From assembly GCF_915070105.1 (NCBI RefSeq), contig NZ_CAJZFJ010000001.1, positions 11,399-75,398 on the forward strand: a stretch of 64,000 nt of DNA. Direction: 5' to 3'. Positions 49,901 to 58,919 of this stretch are shown one piece after another; the stretch's first letter is position 1; each line of letters opens with the position of its first letter. The translations under genes were made by a program, and so were the position numbers. The notes under the pieces are model-generated. The model was given only the letters and a program-made list of their open reading frames with translations. It ran no database searches and was not told the origin of the DNA. The DNA is from an uncultured Porphyromonas sp. Lineage in GTDB: Bacteria > Bacteroidota > Bacteroidia > Bacteroidales > Porphyromonadaceae.

Positions 49901-50730
49901 CCCTTATCTATCTTGACACGTATAGCATCTACATTCGTTCCCATAAAGATAGAGGCTAGCTCCTCGAACTTCTCGGGGCACTCTGTCGTGCGGTAGGATA
50001 CTTGTCCCCCTCGGCTTAGACGTTGCTTCATCTCTGGGTGGCGGAGCAGGTAATCTGCTAGTGAGGTAGCTACCAGCTCACCCTGTGCAATGAGCGAAAC
50101 AGTGGGCGGTAGAGCCTCCTTGATCTTGGAGCGGAGGAGTGGGTAGTGAGTGCAGGCGAGCAGTACGGTATCGATCTCCGGATCCTTGGCCATCAGTTCT
50201 GTGATGTACTTACGGACGAAGTAGTCTGCTCCATCCCCTTGGCTCTCACCATACTCTACGAGAGGTACCCACATGGGGCAGGCCTGCTCACTTACCCGTA
50301 CCTCGGGGAAGAGCTTGCCTACCTCTGTCGTATAGGAGCCCGAGGAGACTGTGCCTGGGGTCGCTACTACTCCCACATGACCTGTCTGGGTGAAGCTCGA
50401 TATAGCCTCCACCGTAGGACGTATGATCCCGAGGATACGCCGTGTGGGGTCTGAGGTATAGGGGAGATAGTGTTGCTGAAGCTCCCTAAGAGCCTTGGCC
50501 GAGGCAGTGTTACAAGCCAAGATGACTAGTGGGCATCCCTCGGAGAAGAGGTATTCGACAGCCTCATGAGTGAAGCCTCTGATCACGTCAAAGGAGCGGG
50601 TACCGTAGGGGGAGCGAGCGTTGTCCCCGAGGTAGATATAGTCGTATTGTGGGAGTCTCTTTCGGATCTCCGAGAGTATTGTCAGGCCTCCATAGCCTGA
50701 GTCAAAGACCCCGATAGGTGCAGAAGTCAT
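49897..50730 (-). CDS. murI: Glutamate racemase
   Basis: VFDSGYGGLT, ACNTASA and LACTHYP are present. Confidence 0.9.
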   Translation of the reverse strand: MTSAPIGVFDSGYGGLTILSEIRKRLPQYDYIYLGDNARSPYGTRSFDVIRGFTHEAVEYLFSEGCPLVILACNTASAKALRELQQHYLPYTSDPTRRILGIIRPTVEAISSFTQTGHVGVVATPGTVSSGSYTTEVGKLFPEVRVSEQACPMWVPLVEYGESQGDGADYFVRKYITELMAKDPEIDTVLLACTHYPLLRSKIKEALPPTVSLIAQGELVATSLADYLLRHPEMKQRLSRGGQVSYRTTECPEKFEELASIFMGTNVDAIRVKIDKG

Positions 50731-50769
50731 GATGAGGAGTGGAGTTGGGGTGATGCCTCGCCCTAGTGA

Positions 50770-51357
50770 CTAGGCAGGGACAAAGCTATAGAAGATCATA
50801 CCGAAGCCCCCAGCTAGGGCTAACAGCAGGAGAGGATTTGTCTTGAAGCGATAGGACGCAACGAAGGCAAGGGCAAAGAGCATAACACTCGCTACAAACT
50901 GTACAAGCGCCTCCCGAGGTGCCCCGAAGTTCTCCGCATTCATCAGCACTAGTGCTGCGGCAGCTACAAGGCCTACGATGGCAGGCCTTAGCCCAGAGAA
51001 GATGGAGCGTACCACGGGACTATCCTTGTGACGGAGGAGGTATCGACTGATGGCGATCATGAGGATGAAGGGTAGCCATAGGACGGAGAGTGTCGCTAGC
51101 AGTGAGCCTAGGATGGCAAGTAGTGGCGGATAGCCCTCGTTGATCACTGAGGTGTAGCCCACGTAGGTAGCGATGTTGATCCCTAGGGGGCCTGGGGTCA
51201 TCTGGCTCACTGCGACCATATCCGTGAACTCACTGGAACTGACCCAGCCCTGCTTGCGTACGACTTCGTCCTGAATGAGGGAGAGCATGGCATAGCCCCC
51301 ACCAAAGTTCACAATGCCTATCTTGGAGAAGACGAGAAAGAGCTTGAGGAAGATCAT
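50770..51357 (-). CDS. chrA: Chromate-transporter (CHR) family short-chain subunit B
   Basis: FGGGYAMLSLIQDEV is present, and the 195-aa protein is hydrophobic. It overlaps its partner by 4 bp. Confidence 0.75.
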   Translation of the reverse strand: MIFLKLFLVFSKIGIVNFGGGYAMLSLIQDEVVRKQGWVSSSEFTDMVAVSQMTPGPLGINIATYVGYTSVINEGYPPLLAILGSLLATLSVLWLPFILMIAISRYLLRHKDSPVVRSIFSGLRPAIVGLVAAAALVLMNAENFGAPREALVQFVASVMLFALAFVASYRFKTNPLLLLALAGGFGMIFYSFVPA

Positions 51358-51971
51358 ACACTATCCTTGCTACGAGAGATGCGACCATACAGCCAGCCAC
51401 TGAGACCAGCTACGAGTATAACGTAGATAGGAGAGACATCTAGCAGATAGATGAGTCCTGCTGCTACGATGGGGATCCAGAGCGTATAGCGTGTGAGCCC
51501 TGCTGTACGTGCCATGGTGAAGACAGGGGCAGCGATCAAGGCTACGACCACAGGGCGTATTCCTCTGAAGGCATATTCGACGAGCCTATACTCCTTGAAC
51601 TGGCGAAATATACCGGCTAGTAGAAGGATGATAAGGAACGAAGGTAGGATATTGCCCAATGCCGCTAGCAGGGCTACACGTAGCCCCCCGAGTTTGTAGC
51701 CAATATGTCCCGCCATATTCACAGCGAAGACTCCTGGGGTAGCCTGTGCGACGGCCATGATGTCGATGAACTCACCTTCGCTCAGCCAGCCCTCCTTCTG
51801 CACGATCTCGTGCTGCATCATGGGGATCATAGCATAGCCACCTCCGATCGTGCCTATCCCGATCCTAAAGAAGATCCCGAAGAGCCTTAGTTGCTCCCTT
51901 GGGTTCATCCCTTCGCTGGAGGATCTTCTCCCCTTGTATTCGTTCGTCATAGACAATAAATGATCCCGCAC
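51354..51971 (-). CDS. chrA: Chromate-transporter (CHR) family short-chain subunit A
   Basis: IGGGYAMIPMMQHEIV is present, and the 205-aa protein is hydrophobic. Confidence 0.75.
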   Translation of the reverse strand: MRDHLLSMTNEYKGRRSSSEGMNPREQLRLFGIFFRIGIGTIGGGYAMIPMMQHEIVQKEGWLSEGEFIDIMAVAQATPGVFAVNMAGHIGYKLGGLRVALLAALGNILPSFLIILLLAGIFRQFKEYRLVEYAFRGIRPVVVALIAAPVFTMARTAGLTRYTLWIPIVAAGLIYLLDVSPIYVILVAGLSGWLYGRISRSKDSV

Positions 51972-52018
51972 AGCCCCTACCTCTCGGCTGGGGCTGTGCG
52001 GGATAGGGTAGATATGAG

Positions 52019-54073
52019 CTACCAGACGACAATGCGATCCTTAGGTGCGATGTACATCTTGTCCTTAGGACGGATATTGAAGGCCTTGTAGAATGGGGTA
52101 ATGTTCTTCAGTGCCTGATTGACACGGAGTATCCCGAGGCTGTGGGGATCGAGCTTCGTGAGGCGGCGTACCTCTTGCTCGGTGATGTTCTGTCCCCATA
52201 GACGGGCATAGGCGATGTAGAAGCGCTGTGCAGGGGTGAGCCCTTCGATCTTCTTGGCCGGGTTGTTTCCGCCAGCTATCTCTAGGGCGAGGTAAGCAAT
52301 GGTCAGCCCGCCCTGGTCTGCGATGTTCTCCCCGAGGGTAAGCTCTCCGTTGGCATGCAGGCCTGGGGCAACGATGTTGCGAGAGAACTGCTTGGCTAGA
52401 CGCTGTGTCGTCTCCTCGAACTTCTTGCGGTCCTCTGCGGTCCACCAGTTATTCATGTTACCATCCTTATCGAAGTTAGAGCCTTGGTCATCGAAGCCGT
52501 GCGTCATCTCGTGTCCAATGACCACACCAATCGCCCCATAGTTCACAGCATCATCCGCATCCATATTGAAGAATGGAGGCTGTAGGATACCTGCAGGGAA
52601 GCAGATCTCATTGGTGGTAGGCATGTAATAGGCATTGACATCCTGGACATTCATGAGCCAGCGAGTACGATCTACGGGTTTACCAAGATCCTTGAGGTTA
52701 TCCTCCTGGAAGAAGCGTACGGCTGCCAGTAGGTTCTCATAGTAGGTCTTGTCGGCATCTATATCCATGGAGCTGTAGTCCTTCCACTTGTCGGGGTAGC
52801 CGATCTTCACCACGAAGCTACTGAGCTTCTCCTTAGCACGCTGCTTCGTCTCGGGGCTCATCCAGCTAAGGCCATCTACACGCTGCCCAAGGGCTGTCTG
52901 TAGGTTTCTCACCAGCTGGAGCATACGCTCCTTAGCCTCGGGAGAGAAGTATTGCTTCACATAGATCTCACCTAGAGCCTCTCCTAGTAGACTCTCTACG
53001 GTACTGAGGCTACGCTTCCAGCGTGGGTGCATCTCCTTCTTACCACTGAGCTGTTTGCCGAAGAAGTCAAACTTTGCTTCTACGAACTCATCGCTTAGGG
53101 CATCTGCTGCCCCACTGACGGATCGAGCTACGAGGAAGTCACGAAGCTCCTCAAAGGCGACACCTGCATACCACTTGTCGAAGGCCTTGAAGAAGTCTAG
53201 CTGCGAGAAGTTAGCACTCTCCAGTACGAGTCCTCGAGCCTGGAAATAGCCCATCCAGTCGAAGCCTGTGTTCTGCTGTGCGAACTCTTGTATGCGCTGT
53301 ATATTATAGTTGCGCTCGGTGTCTCTCAGCTCGGTGTTGGAGTAGGAGAACTGTGCAAGCTCGGTCTCTAGCTTCAGCGTATTGCGTGCTATACGCTGTG
53401 CTTCGCTAGTGCTGTAGCCAGCTAGAGTGAGTACACGTACTAGGTAAGCCTCATAGCCAGAGCGGATCTTCTTCATCTCCTCGCTCTGCTCCACGTAATA
53501 GTCACGGGTATGTAGGCCGAGGGAGACCTGCCCTAGGGCAAGGATATTCATGGTGCTGTTCTTCTCGTCTGCTCCTACATAGGAGGAGAAGAGGGTACCT
53601 GCACCATAGGTCTGGTCGAGCTCGGCAGCGAGACGTATGACGTCAGCCTTGTCCTTGAGCTCGCTTAGGCGGGTAAGCTCGGGCTTGAGAGGAGCGGCAC
53701 CAAGGCGATTGCGTGTGACGCTGTCCATAGCTTGGTTGTAGAGCGTGGCTACACGATAGTTGTTGGTACCCTTGACCTGCTCGTGAGTCGTGAGCTCTGT
53801 GATGATCCGGTGTACCTGTGCCGAGGTGGAGTCTCGGAGTACATCGAAGGTGCCGAAGCGGCTATAAGCGGGCTTGAGTGGGTTCTTACGTATCCATCCA
53901 CCATTGACATAGTGGTAGAAGTCCGTCTGAGGGCGGACAGCCTTATCCATATCGGCGAAGTTGATGGCGGGGACTTTCGTTGTCCCAGCCTGCTGTGCGC
54001 TGGCAGTGCCGACTCCTCCTTGGGCTAGGAGAGCTCCTAGCCCGAGGGTGATGATCATTCTACTTATCTTCAT
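52019..54073 (-). CDS. pepO: M13-family zinc metallopeptidase (PepO / endothelin-converting-enzyme-like)
   Basis: The zinc motif HEMTHGFD is present, together with GENIADQGG and NAYY. A signal peptide starts at the internal MKISRMIITLGLGALLAQ. Confidence 0.85.
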   Translation of the reverse strand: MKISRMIITLGLGALLAQGGVGTASAQQAGTTKVPAINFADMDKAVRPQTDFYHYVNGGWIRKNPLKPAYSRFGTFDVLRDSTSAQVHRIITELTTHEQVKGTNNYRVATLYNQAMDSVTRNRLGAAPLKPELTRLSELKDKADVIRLAAELDQTYGAGTLFSSYVGADEKNSTMNILALGQVSLGLHTRDYYVEQSEEMKKIRSGYEAYLVRVLTLAGYSTSEAQRIARNTLKLETELAQFSYSNTELRDTERNYNIQRIQEFAQQNTGFDWMGYFQARGLVLESANFSQLDFFKAFDKWYAGVAFEELRDFLVARSVSGAADALSDEFVEAKFDFFGKQLSGKKEMHPRWKRSLSTVESLLGEALGEIYVKQYFSPEAKERMLQLVRNLQTALGQRVDGLSWMSPETKQRAKEKLSSFVVKIGYPDKWKDYSSMDIDADKTYYENLLAAVRFFQEDNLKDLGKPVDRTRWLMNVQDVNAYYMPTTNEICFPAGILQPPFFNMDADDAVNYGAIGVVIGHEMTHGFDDQGSNFDKDGNMNNWWTAEDRKKFEETTQRLAKQFSRNIVAPGLHANGELTLGENIADQGGLTIAYLALEIAGGNNPAKKIEGLTPAQRFYIAYARLWGQNITEQEVRRLTKLDPHSLGILRVNQALKNITPFYKAFNIRPKDKMYIAPKDRIVVW

Positions 54074-54255
54074 TAGTCGTAAGTGTCTGAGGTGATACCT
54101 CTTCTTAGTGATTCGTTGTAGGGGCAAATGTACGCATTTTGAGCGTCCTATCCCCCCTTGTGCGTGTGAGACCACCTCTACGGCCTCCTCGTGGGGTGAG
54201 GGAGCTGTAGAGGTGGTAGGTGTGTATTAGGAGTGTCGTGTGCTAGAGCCCTGAC

Positions 54256-56040
54256 TTAGAGTGGTAGGGTCTTAGCACGTAGCCAGCTGGCCTCCTCTGC
54301 TGTGAGGTCTGGGGAGAGGGTCTGATAGACACGCTCCTGGTAGGCCTTGTACCAAGCGATCTCCTCGGCGGTCAATAGTTCCTTCTTGACAAGTGTATTG
54401 TCGAGGTAGCAGAGGGTGACGGTTTCGAAGCCAAAGAAACGCCCGAACTCGGTCTCCTCTCTTAGCTCTGTGACCACGAGGTTCTCGATGCGGATGCCGT
54501 ACTTACCTGAGCGGTAGATGCCAGGTTCATTGCTGGTGATCATCCCTATCTCGAGCTCGGTAGGATTGACCTCGGTACGGATGTTCTGTGGCCCTTCGTG
54601 CACGTTGAGGAAGTAGCCTACACCATGTCCCGTGCCGTGACCATAGTTCAGCCCACGATCCCAGAGAGCCTTACGGGCAAGGATGTCCAGCTGGCTACCA
54701 CGTGTCCCCTCGGGGTACTGTGCTAGGGCGATCTGGATGTGTCCCTTCAGTACGAGAGTGTAGTCTGTGCGTAGCTCATCGCAGGGAGCACTGAGGGCTA
54801 TGGTACGTGTGATGTCCGTAGTCCCGTCTAGGTATTGACCACCGCTGTCGAGCAAGAGTACTCCCTCGTTGCGTACGGTAGCCGATCCCTCAGCAGTAGC
54901 GTGGTAGTGGACGATAGCCCCGTTGCCTAGGTAACCACAGATGGTGGCGAAGCTGTCACCGTAGAAGTTCTTACCCTTAGCTCGGTACTCATTGAGTCGG
55001 ATATCTAGCTCATGCTCGGTGTAGGTCTCACCTCGGGAGAGAGCCTCCTCGAGCCACTTGAAGAAGCGGGTCAGAGCTACTCCGTCACGTGCCATCACGG
55101 TACGTAGGTTGGAGATCTCGGTATCGTTCTTGATCGCCTTCAGCTGGGTGATCGCTGATACCCCGAGCACCTTACGGCAGTGAGCAGGGATCTCGTCATA
55201 GAGGCGATAGGTGATGCGCTTGGTATCTACGAGTAGACGTACATCATCGCCTAGAGAGCGGATGAAGCTATCGATCTGATAGTAGTCCTCGATGCGTACC
55301 CCATTCTCCGTCAGGGAGGCACGTACCTCTGGTGTAACCTTCTCGGGGAGGACGAAGAGGACTGCCTCCTTGGCTCCTATGTAGCCGAAGCCTACCCCGA
55401 CGGGGTTGTAGGCTACGTCATAGCCACGGATATTGAAGACCCAAGCGAGCTCATCAATCATGGTGATGATCGTAGCGTTGGCACCCTGGCTGGCTAGACG
55501 AGTACGTACCTCAGCGATACGCTCTGCAGCACTGCGACCTGCATACTGAGTGGAATGAAGGAAGAGGGGCTTATTGGGGATGGAGGGGCGATCCTTCCAC
55601 ACGGCCTCTAGTAGGTCTTGGTCTAGGTGATACTCGATGCCATAGACCTCTAGGCGACGTCTCGTATCCTCGACCTCCTGTGCCGATAGGCAGGCTCCAT
55701 CGGCTGCTACGACAGCCCCTGAGGGGAGCTCTGCAGCCAGGAAGCCTTCGATGCTAGGAGTACCTGGGACACCCATCTTGTAGAGGTCGATCGTCGAACC
55801 CTCGAGCTGGGTCGTTGCCTGCAGGAAGTATCGGGAGTCTGTCCATAGACCAGCCTTGTCTAGGGTCACGACGACAGAGCCAGCTGAACCATTGAAGCCA
55901 CTGATCCAGCTCCTACCCTGCCAGCGAAGAGGGGTGTACTCGCTCAGGTGTGCATCTGACGAGGTGATGATGTAGGCGGAGATACCCTTAGCCTTCATTT
56001 CTTGGCGAAGGAGTGCCAAGCGTTCTGTGATTACACTCAT
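54256..56040 (-). CDS. Xaa-Pro aminopeptidase (M24B, aminopeptidase P)
   Basis: HGTGHGVGYFLNVHEGP is the pita-bread metal site. The length is 594 aa. Confidence 0.85.
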   Translation of the reverse strand: MSVITERLALLRQEMKAKGISAYIITSSDAHLSEYTPLRWQGRSWISGFNGSAGSVVVTLDKAGLWTDSRYFLQATTQLEGSTIDLYKMGVPGTPSIEGFLAAELPSGAVVAADGACLSAQEVEDTRRRLEVYGIEYHLDQDLLEAVWKDRPSIPNKPLFLHSTQYAGRSAAERIAEVRTRLASQGANATIITMIDELAWVFNIRGYDVAYNPVGVGFGYIGAKEAVLFVLPEKVTPEVRASLTENGVRIEDYYQIDSFIRSLGDDVRLLVDTKRITYRLYDEIPAHCRKVLGVSAITQLKAIKNDTEISNLRTVMARDGVALTRFFKWLEEALSRGETYTEHELDIRLNEYRAKGKNFYGDSFATICGYLGNGAIVHYHATAEGSATVRNEGVLLLDSGGQYLDGTTDITRTIALSAPCDELRTDYTLVLKGHIQIALAQYPEGTRGSQLDILARKALWDRGLNYGHGTGHGVGYFLNVHEGPQNIRTEVNPTELEIGMITSNEPGIYRSGKYGIRIENLVVTELREETEFGRFFGFETVTLCYLDNTLVKKELLTAEEIAWYKAYQERVYQTLSPDLTAEEASWLRAKTLPL

Positions 56041-56094
56041 AGTTATTGATGATATTTTAATGTACTGTATTTGCGATTTACTCTCCCTTGACGT

Positions 56095-57645
56095 CTAGCT
56101 CCTGCTCTGATGCTCGCTGCGTAGGAGGTCATTGACTTCCTTGACGGGGTTGAAGGTCTCGAGTGGAACCTCTACGAAGAGTGTGTTCCAGTCGTGCATA
56201 GCTCCGTTCCATAGCCCGGGCAGCTCTAGTGCGAGGAGTTCCTCTCCGCCGACGCTCTTGTGGGCGATGAAGGCAGTACGAGGATTGACGTACTTCGTGA
56301 GGTCAAAGGCATTGCCCTTGTAGTCTCTGATGGCACAGACGAGGTCTACGGGGTTGAAGTAGCTCCCAGCCTCGAAGTAGGCACGCTGTGTCTCGTCACT
56401 CATATTGATCTGACTGCTCTCGAGGATCTGTAGCGAGCTACTACCATCGACCTCTCGGATGATGAACGGGCCACCACCTGGCTCGCCCTCGTTGCGTACC
56501 ATACCGCAGACTCGTATGGGGCGGTCAAGCTTGGCCTGTATCCAAGTCGTGAGGCTTAGGTCATCTCGCTCTAGGGTCTCGGGGGGAGTGATGCAGAGCT
56601 GGCTATCCATGAAGGAGAGGATCTCCTCAAGCAGTGCGTGTGAGGGCTTTCCCCGATCTAGCTGCCTCAGGTAGCTGAAGATCTGTCGGCGTACACCGAT
56701 GAGGATACCCCCTAGGAACTTCTTGTAGATCACCGTGGCACTCTTGTGCTGGTCGAGGACTACATTGTCAATATTCTTGATGAAGACGATGTCTGAGGGT
56801 AAGACACCGAGGTTACGTATAAGTGCCCCATGCCCCCCGGGGCGGAAGAGCAGTCGTCCATCCTCCTTCCTGAAGAGTGATCCATCAGGGTGTAGGGCAA
56901 GGGTGTCGGTCGAGGGGAGCTGTTCGCTGAAGTCTATGTGGTAGAGCACCCCATAGTGCTCCTCGTAGCTCGTCTTGACACTAGAGAGGAGTGCCTCGAA
57001 GTCCCTGCGGTGCTCGGGCGAGACTGTGAAGTGTAGGTGGACATGCCCATCCCGATCCTTGGCATAGAGTGCGCCCTCGACGAGGTGCTCCTCGGCTGCA
57101 GTGCGGGTGTAGTCCTTGTATTTATGGAAGAGGAGTAGTCCCTTGGGCTTAGATCCGTAGCCTAGTCCCTTGGGCAGGAGGAGGTTCTCGACGATGGCCT
57201 TATAGTCCTCAGAGGTGATGAGCTTGGGGATGGTCTTCCAGTTGTTGCGTAGGCAGACTTCGTTGAGGCTCTCGTAGAAGGCAAAGCTACTGATGTGATC
57301 AAAGAAGTACTGTTCGGCGGGCTTCTGGGGCTTGGTGTAGGGCGCGTCGAGGAAGTTGTAGAGCATCTTGAACATGCGTGAGGCTGCCCCCGAGGCTGGG
57401 ATCATCTTGTACACATGCGCTTCTCCAGAGAGGAGGTACTCCTCCCATAGGTCCATATATCGGGCTTGCTCGTCTGGCTCGACACGGATGATACCTCGCT
57501 CTAGCGAAGCAGAGGCGATTATACTGAGGTAGGGGAAGCCACTACGGATATCGTGTACCTGAGCCTCGGCTTCCTCCACGGCTATGCCACGTCCCTGGAG
57601 CTCCTCGATGTCCTCTGGGCTGAATAAAACACTGTCCATAATCAT
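56095..57645 (-). CDS. UDPGP-like nucleotidyltransferase-fold protein (DUF4301-like)
   Basis: FRPGGHGALIRN...DIVFIKNIDNV parallels the UGPase WYPPGHGDIY...YIFVSNIDNL block. The upstream Gly-rich site reads MIPASGAASRMFK. The length is 516 aa. Confidence 0.45.
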   Translation of the reverse strand: MIMDSVLFSPEDIEELQGRGIAVEEAEAQVHDIRSGFPYLSIIASASLERGIIRVEPDEQARYMDLWEEYLLSGEAHVYKMIPASGAASRMFKMLYNFLDAPYTKPQKPAEQYFFDHISSFAFYESLNEVCLRNNWKTIPKLITSEDYKAIVENLLLPKGLGYGSKPKGLLLFHKYKDYTRTAAEEHLVEGALYAKDRDGHVHLHFTVSPEHRRDFEALLSSVKTSYEEHYGVLYHIDFSEQLPSTDTLALHPDGSLFRKEDGRLLFRPGGHGALIRNLGVLPSDIVFIKNIDNVVLDQHKSATVIYKKFLGGILIGVRRQIFSYLRQLDRGKPSHALLEEILSFMDSQLCITPPETLERDDLSLTTWIQAKLDRPIRVCGMVRNEGEPGGGPFIIREVDGSSSLQILESSQINMSDETQRAYFEAGSYFNPVDLVCAIRDYKGNAFDLTKYVNPRTAFIAHKSVGGEELLALELPGLWNGAMHDWNTLFVEVPLETFNPVKEVNDLLRSEHQSRS

Positions 57646-57869
57646 GAGTCCTAAATAAGCTGTGTAGCGGAGCCACTATCACCATCTCTCCTGACCCAAC
57701 AGGGGCGGGGATGTGTGACGCACCACAGAATGGTTGCTGTAAAGTTAGTGAATAACTACGTATCTCGTTACCCGTTTGGCTCCTTGGGGTAGCTAGCTGG
57801 TCTAGGATCAAGGCCAACACATGAGATCACCATAGTGTGAGGGCAGAGTAGTCAAGGAGCATACACGCA

Positions 57870-58087
57870 AGATAGAAGCATCTGTGCCCCAGGTATAGAT
57901 ATACCCAGGGTATACCTACGACCTAGGAGGGGTAAGTATACACGTGTGTACACTATAGTGTACCTGCGTGTATACAAGAGTGTACACACGTGTACACAAC
58001 CACGCTCTAAGTATCATCCCAGTAGGCTCTCATATTTAGCTCTCCTCGGGACTAACGTCTAGGCACCCTAGACTCCCTTGGACATGG
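57870..58087 (+). repeat. Family-A repeat element copy 4 (array 57936..57997)
   Basis: The array is GTATACACgtGTGTACACtataGTGTACCTgcGTGTATACaagaGTGTACACacGTGTACAC. Confidence 0.7.
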
Positions 58088-58482
58088 AATAATACCTCAA
58101 AGAGAAAAGAACAGAGAGTCCCAAACAGATTATGTATAGCCTCTGCGGATAGGAGCCATAGCCAGATAAGTGACTATGAGGGCTTGCTTCCCTCCTCCCG
58201 GGCAAGTGCCAAGAAGGCTCCCAAGTGCCCCACGGAGAGTGCGCCCCTCCCTCAGCTAGAAGGGTAGACAATGGTACTACCCTTAGGAGGGAGTAGGGCA
58301 TTTCTCCTAGCTAGGCAGAGAGGAGAAGGGAGGGCAATGAGCTCGTATCCATAAGGGAAAAGGTTGTAGCCACTCCTATCTAGGCATGGGGCGAAAGAGG
58401 AAGGTTAGTAGATGAGACGCGAGCTCAATAGAACTTCACTAACATTCTCTTTATCAAGTATTCTGAGAAGGGTCTAGGAGAT

Positions 58483-58559
58483 ATACCGAGAAGGCAGGAG
58501 GGGACATATAATGTTCGCCCCCATCACCTTACATAGGTGACGGGGGCGAACATTATATC
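58483..58559. repeat. Family-B palindrome copy (the most perfect one)
   Basis: ATATAATGTTCGCCCCCATCACCTtacataGGTGACGGGGGCGAACATTATAT has a 23-bp perfect stem. Confidence 0.7.
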
Positions 58560-58919
58560 TTCCCTCTAGGGAACATTACGTGTCCTCAAGTAGTGCTCAT
58601 CGGAACGCTTTATTCGTGATGATAATAGGAGCGTACACCCTAATCGGTGTGCAAGGGAAAAGAGGAGCGACTGTCCCTGCGAAGTCCTTCGCTTGGTCAG
58701 CCGCTCCTCTCTATTAGAGTGTCAATGTGATTAGTCTCGAGCCATAAGCTCCCATGAAAGAGTATCGAGAGTGCTCCTAGAGCTCCCCTCCGTCCTCAAA
58801 GTCGTCGAAGCTCCCTTCAGCAGAGAAAGAAACAAGGAGAGACTGTTGTAGGTCCATGATGTGGATAATCTCCGCTCTAGGGCGGTCATAAGGTAGGTGT
58901 ATCATAGTATAATCATGTG

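Noticed and set aside
50770-51971. Two adjacent ~200-aa chrA-like genes as a possible frameshifted pseudogene
   Set aside because: Both halves have their own start. They overlap by 4 bp in the typical coupled arrangement, and each carries the GGGYAM signature. The split short-chain CHR pair is a known natural arrangement.
57646-58919. Hidden protein-coding gene (toxin/antitoxin or small defence protein) in the 1.27-kb spacer
   Set aside because: The only ORFs of 60 aa or more (58068..58301, 58777..58986) are low-complexity, overlap repeat sequence or the downstream gene end, and lack recognisable motifs or RBS context.
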